NCBI GenBank assembly: GCA_026991605.1
Contig: JALXBG010000039.1
Span: 9,099 to 73,098 of the forward strand
Source: Sulfurovum sp.
Lineage (GTDB): Bacteria > Campylobacterota > Campylobacteria > Campylobacterales > Sulfurovaceae
Length of the DNA stretch: 64,000 bases
Reading direction: 5' to 3'
Shown here one piece after another: positions 59,787 through 64,000 of this stretch. A program made the translations under genes and the position numbers. The notes under the pieces were generated by a model. It was not told the DNA's origin. It did no database searches and was given only the letters and a program-made list of their open reading frames with translations. Each line of letters opens with the position of its first letter. Positions within the stretch are counted from its first letter, which is position 1.

Positions 59787-60597
59787 TTTGTTTTTTTGAT
59801 TCTTTTAGACCGGTTTCTGCAATCTCTACTTTGGCAACCTCTTTAGAAATTTTGGCTTCTATCTCTGCTTTGAGTATCTCAAGTTCTGTAAGGTAAGACG
59901 ATATTTTTGCCGTAGCTTCTGCTTTCATCTCATCTAGCTTCTCTTTGTTCTCTTTTGAGAGTTCAGGTGTTAGATTTTTCATAGATGACTTAGCTATTTC
60001 TATATAAGACTGTGACTGTGCGACTTCTACATCGGAGACAGATTTTGCTATCTGTACTTGAGAGATATTTTTAGCAATGCTCAATGTCTCTTTTTCATGT
60101 GGGAGTGTTTTAGGTACGGTTTTACTTATCTCAACACGCTGTGTTGCTTCAGCAATATTTTTACTCGCATGTGCCTTGGCTATCTCAACATCGGCAATAG
60201 CTTTTATGATAATCTGTAAAGATGCCTCTTCTATTGCTTTTTTGTCTTCAGGCTTAGCCATGTCTACGGCATCTACAGCCTTACTTATCTCTGTGATGGC
60301 TTTGGCTTTTGCTATCTCAACATCGGCAGTGTTACGTGCCATTTGGGCAACGGCATGTGTTTGCACGATTTGTGTAGAGACGCTTTGTTCAGAGATGTTC
60401 TCATCTGTTTTATTGGGCTCAACATGTTTAACCATCTTGTCCAGCACATCGAGCGCATCATTTCTGGCACTCTCTACGCTGTCAACAGCCTTTGTAAGAT
60501 AGTTAGAAAAAGTATTTTTGTCTGTTTTCGTTTCTATGGGAGTCTCAGCAAATAGTAGTGAACCTCCCAATAGTGTCAATAATATAAATGGTTTCAT
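59779..60597 (-). CDS. Secreted helical repeat protein (VEIAK repeats), unknown function
   Basis: Signal peptide; repeated (D/R/K)VEI(A/S)K motif. Confidence 0.75.
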   Translation of the reverse strand: MKPFILLTLLGGSLLFAETPIETKTDKNTFSNYLTKAVDSVESARNDALDVLDKMVKHVEPNKTDENISEQSVSTQIVQTHAVAQMARNTADVEIAKAKAITEISKAVDAVDMAKPEDKKAIEEASLQIIIKAIADVEIAKAHASKNIAEATQRVEISKTVPKTLPHEKETLSIAKNISQVQIAKSVSDVEVAQSQSYIEIAKSSMKNLTPELSKENKEKLDEMKAEATAKISSYLTELEILKAEIEAKISKEVAKVEIAETGLKESKKQTN

Positions 60598-60737
60598 GAT
60601 AATCCTTTAAAATACGGGTATCTATTATAGTTTATTAATCTAAAATCTGCATAGTTAAGTAAGATGAAATGGTGTAATAAAGGGGTGAAGTGTGAAAAAT
60701 ATCTTCTTCCTCAGAGAAGAAAGAAGATAGTGTATGG

Positions 60738-61274
60738 TTATTTTTTTGCTGCAGCTTTTGGTTTAGAAAGTTGCGTAAAAAGTTCTTCCAAAGAAGATTC
60801 AGGAAGCATACCTGCTTGTACAAACTGTACATCACCATTTGTATCCATCGCTACAAGGAATGGGATACTCCCTCTCCATTGTGCTCTTTGTTGGATATAG
60901 CTTACGAGTTGTTGTGCAGTCTCTTCAGAAACAACGATGTAGTTCATCCCTTTTTCTTTTGCAAACTTAGTAATTTGTTTCTGGTTGTACCCTTGTACTT
61001 CTATAGAAATTACAGCCAATTTATCTTTATGCTTTTTTTGAAGGTCAATCAAGTGAGGAATAGATGCAAGACATGGTGGGCAATTGTGTCCAAAAAATTC
61101 TAAAAAGATTACTTTTCCTTCTAGACCTTCTATTTTCAGTCCTTGTTTAGTACCTGTAACGTTATAGGTTTTACCTGTTATGTCTGTCATTGTCATTTGA
61201 GCAAGTGGTTTCTCCGTAGCTTGAGCAAAGGTTGTAAGCGCAAGCAGCAGTAATGTTGTTAGTAATTTTCTCAT
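60738..61274 (-). CDS. TlpA family thiol:disulfide oxidoreductase
   Basis: Signal peptide from MRKLL; FLEFFG..CPPC; IP cis-Pro loop. Confidence 0.9.
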   Translation of the reverse strand: MRKLLTTLLLLALTTFAQATEKPLAQMTMTDITGKTYNVTGTKQGLKIEGLEGKVIFLEFFGHNCPPCLASIPHLIDLQKKHKDKLAVISIEVQGYNQKQITKFAKEKGMNYIVVSEETAQQLVSYIQQRAQWRGSIPFLVAMDTNGDVQFVQAGMLPESSLEELFTQLSKPKAAAKK

Positions 61275-61336
61275 AAATAGAGCCTTTATTGTATTAATTG
61301 AATACCTATGTTGTTCCAGAGGATTCAATTTATTAG

Positions 61337-61368
61337 ATTATACACTATGAAGATGTAAAAATTGTGTA
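61337..61368 (-). promoter_or_regulatory. Box TACACA-N5-TACATC, 9 nt, -10 TATAAT (tlpA-like promoter)
   Basis: Matches the copper-cluster promoter architecture. Confidence 0.5.
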
Positions 61369-61413
61369 ATTGCTTTATTTTTTTATTTTTTTATTTTTGA
61401 GGGATTATTTTGA

Positions 61414-61511
61414 AAGAGCATCAAAAGGGAAAAAAAGGAGGAAAATGATATTCGAGATAATCCCAATGTTTAAGGGAAGGGAGGGAAGAGATTATCTCGA
61501 TTGATGCTCTT
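61414..61511 (-). ncRNA. Candidate structured sRNA, copy 1
   Basis: TATAAT at 61518-61523; closing stem AAGAGCATCA/TGATGCTCTT; internal 13-bp hairpin; C/U-rich loops. Confidence 0.6.
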
Positions 61512-61586
61512 GAGAAAATTATAGCGCTATAAGGTTAACTGAATACCAATAGTGAAAATTTATGTTTAGAAAAAAATTTGAAATAA

Positions 61587-61686
61587 AAGAGCATCACATT
61601 CAAAAGAGGAGGGAGGGAAAAATAATGCTTAAAATAATATATAGTAATAAAAAATAGGAGACTATTTATTATCTTATGATGCTCTT
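61587..61686 (-). ncRNA. Candidate structured sRNA, copy 2 (paralog)
   Basis: TATAAT at 61695-61700; identical closing stem; different sequence but same two-loop fold with CUCC motifs. Confidence 0.6.
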
Positions 61687-61774
61687 AAGAAAGTATTATA
61701 TAAGCCTAAGGTTAACTGAATACTAATAGAGGGTATAATTAAAAATTAAAAATTAAAATTTTAGGGATAATATT

Positions 61775-62860
61775 GTGTTGAAACATTTAGTGATGATAGG
61801 AGGGTTGGTTTTTTCTGTATTGCATGCAGAGTTACCTTTAGAAAAGAAGATAGGGCAGATGCTCATGATAGGCTTTCATGGTACCTCTGCAGCAGCATAT
61901 AGTCAGATATGTAAAGATATTAAACAGTACAACGTAGGTGCGGTGATACTCTTTGACTATAACCCTGTAGATAAAAGCAAACCTAAAAATATTACAAACA
62001 TTGCACAGGTAAAAGCGCTTACTAAAGAGCTTCAGGCTTGTTCATCAGATGGAAAACTTCTCATCGCAGTGGATCAAGAGGGTGGTAAAGTACAGAGACT
62101 CAAAAGTAAGTATGGTTTTTACGGTAAGTTCCCTAAAGCTTCAGATGTTATAAAAATGGATCAGAGTAAAATCAAGTCTACCTACACCAAAATGAGTGCA
62201 GAACTTAAATCTGTAGGTATTAACTACGACTTAGCACCTGTTGTTGATTTGGATATTAACATGAAAAACCATGTCATCCATGGGCTGGGGCGTTCTTTTG
62301 GTAAAGACCCTAAAGTTGTGGCAGAATATGCTTCTACTTTTATAGATGCTATGCATAGTCATGGTGTACTTACTTCACTCAAACATTTTCCTGGACATGG
62401 TTCATCGGTGGGAGATACCCATAAAGGTTTTGTAGATGTGACTAACCTATGGAAAGAGGTAGAGCTAGAACCTTACCATCTCCTCAAAGACAAGGCAGAC
62501 ACAGTCATGGTGGCACACGTCTTTAACAAACACTTAGACGACAAATATCCTGCAAGTCTCTCGTACAAGACCATTACAAAAATGTTACGATGGAAGTTAG
62601 GCTACCACGGAGTAGTCATTACCGATGACTTACAAATGGGTGCCATAAGTAAAAAATACGGACTCAAAAATACTCTAAAATTAGCCATCAACGCAGGAGA
62701 TGACATCTTACTCATAGGTAACCAACTTGACCCTAAAAAGGTACAAAATACAAAACTTCTGGTAGATACGATTGTATCACTTGTACGCTCAGGCGAGGTA
62801 AAAGAAGAGAGTATAGACAAGGCGTATGCACGTATTCAGAAGTTGAAAAGTAAGCTTTAA
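61775..62860 (+). CDS. Glycoside hydrolase family 3 beta-N-acetylhexosaminidase (NagZ-like, exported)
   Basis: VDQEGG.VQR, APVVD, KHFPGHG..DTH, TDDL.M. Confidence 0.92.
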   Translation: MLKHLVMIGGLVFSVLHAELPLEKKIGQMLMIGFHGTSAAAYSQICKDIKQYNVGAVILFDYNPVDKSKPKNITNIAQVKALTKELQACSSDGKLLIAVDQEGGKVQRLKSKYGFYGKFPKASDVIKMDQSKIKSTYTKMSAELKSVGINYDLAPVVDLDINMKNHVIHGLGRSFGKDPKVVAEYASTFIDAMHSHGVLTSLKHFPGHGSSVGDTHKGFVDVTNLWKEVELEPYHLLKDKADTVMVAHVFNKHLDDKYPASLSYKTITKMLRWKLGYHGVVITDDLQMGAISKKYGLKNTLKLAINAGDDILLIGNQLDPKKVQNTKLLVDTIVSLVRSGEVKEESIDKAYARIQKLKSKL

Positions 62861-63246
62861 TTTTTAGCCAAATACCTTTCCAATATAATCTGTGCCGCCA
62901 CGGAGTCTATCTTTCCGTCTTTTTGGTGACGGAAAACACCTTGGGTAAGTTCTTTGGCTTCTATGCTGGAGCTTTGTTCGTCTTGGTAGGCTACTGGGAT
63001 AGTGAGTTCGAGTAGTGAGACAAAATGTTTGATGCGTCTTTCCATCTCTTCGGAGCTTGCAGCATCTAGTGGCAGACCTACGATGAGTTTTTCTATCTCC
63101 CACTCTTTTAAAAATGCATTGACATCTCGGGCAGCTTGGTTACGGTTCTTACGTAGGATGGCACTCTGGGGCATGACGATGTCACCACTAAGGCAAATCG
63201 CCACACCGATACGTTTGAGTCCTACATCTATACTTGCTAATTTCAT
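62857..63246 (-). CDS. ruvX: RuvX/YqgF (DprB) resolvase-like nuclease
   Basis: IDVGLKRIGVA, VGLP, DE..SS, DS.AA..IL. Confidence 0.93.
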   Translation of the reverse strand: MKLASIDVGLKRIGVAICLSGDIVMPQSAILRKNRNQAARDVNAFLKEWEIEKLIVGLPLDAASSEEMERRIKHFVSLLELTIPVAYQDEQSSSIEAKELTQGVFRHQKDGKIDSVAAQIILERYLAKN

Positions 63247-63317
63247 GATGAAAGTATAGCGAGTTTAGGGTACTTCTAACAATAGGTGATACTCACAACA
63301 TCACTAGCTTTTGTCTA

Positions 63318-63356
63318 GGCTAGGCACTCTTTTGAAACCCTAGCCTTAGCTAAGGT
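63318..63356. terminator. Hairpin(s) downstream of the last ORF
   Basis: GGCTAGG-N14-CCTAGCC overlapping CCTTAGCTAAGG. Confidence 0.35.
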
Positions 63357-63367
63357 GAAAAAGCCCT

Positions 63368-63991
63368 CTAGTATCTATTATAGCCTCTCTCATAGTTTCT
63401 GTTGTAGCCTGAGTCGTCGCTGTAATTTGCTGTACAAAAACCATAGTAACTTGCGTTTGCAGGCATATAGTATCTATGATTAAACAGTCCACGACCTCGT
63501 ACTCTGTCTCTATAAGTATAAAATCTGTCATAACGGTAGAAGACATCTTCAAAATAGTATCCGTAACGGTTAAAGTATCCGTAAAAGAATCCTTCATTGT
63601 CATAAAATGATGCTCTGTCATATTGGTATGCTAATATCCAACCCCTTTTTGTATGGCTGTATCCACGCTGTCTTATGGGACGATAGTCATCGTAATAGCC
63701 TCTTTTAGATTCCGTGTATCCATAGTTACGACCATTTTGGTAATCTCTAGTATTGTAATGCATACTTTTTGAGGCAGTACGTTTGGCACTTGGGTGTGCG
63801 ACTTTTCTTTGTTGCATACGTTTAAACTCTTTGTGTGTTTTGAAGTTTCTTGTGTGTGCTTTATGTTTAGTCATTTGACGATCCATCTTTTTAATGGTAG
63901 CTTCTGGCAGTTGTTGAGTATTTTTATCTGAAGCTTGTGTACCTAGTGTCAATCCTAATGTAAGAAGAAAAGTTAAAAGTAATTTATTCAT
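63368..63991 (-). CDS. Secreted Tyr/Arg/Gly-rich protein, unknown function
   Basis: Signal peptide; basic linker; aromatic-rich C-terminal half. Confidence 0.75.
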   Translation of the reverse strand: MNKLLLTFLLTLGLTLGTQASDKNTQQLPEATIKKMDRQMTKHKAHTRNFKTHKEFKRMQQRKVAHPSAKRTASKSMHYNTRDYQNGRNYGYTESKRGYYDDYRPIRQRGYSHTKRGWILAYQYDRASFYDNEGFFYGYFNRYGYYFEDVFYRYDRFYTYRDRVRGRGLFNHRYYMPANASYYGFCTANYSDDSGYNRNYERGYNRY

Positions 63992-64000
63992 TTGTTATCC

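Noticed and set aside
61414-61730. Repeat units read as a mini-CRISPR or a CsrB-like GGA sponge
   Set aside because: Only two units with inverted arms and their own promoters, and no cas genes. The GGA-rich strand is opposite to the promoters, and csrA is missing from its usual locus.

Overview
A 64 kb AT-rich chromosomal segment of a Campylobacterota (epsilonproteobacterial) bacterium. Protein style and gene content suggest Sulfurovum or a relative (inference). Most of it is core genome: rpsO, smpB, uvrD-truB-ispE, cysK, pyrC, lnt/yajC-secD-secF, murC, mutS2, xerD-like, coaX-hisG, rpsF-ssb-rpsR, rnr-holA, ilvC, dprA and ruvX. Accessory blocks include a copper-resistance cluster (two multicopper oxidases, a P1B ATPase, a two-component system, CopB), a Phd-ParE toxin-antitoxin pair, an ovoA plus C-S lyase (ovothiol) pair, and several orphan secreted proteins. 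No rRNA, tRNA, CRISPR array, prophage or intact IS was seen. The strongest unexplained signals are non-coding. (1) Two tandem paralogous ~100-nt structured RNA candidates, each with its own promoter and C/U-rich anti-SD loops (61.4-61.7 kb). (2) A TACAC-N6-TACAC box exactly 9 nt upstream of the -10 of all three copper promoters and of a distant tlpA-like gene. (3) A GTAG-type REP family, with one copy inserted in frame into lnt. (4) A synonymous-only duplication of the secF 3' end. All calls come from reading the sequence and recognising motifs; no searches were run.
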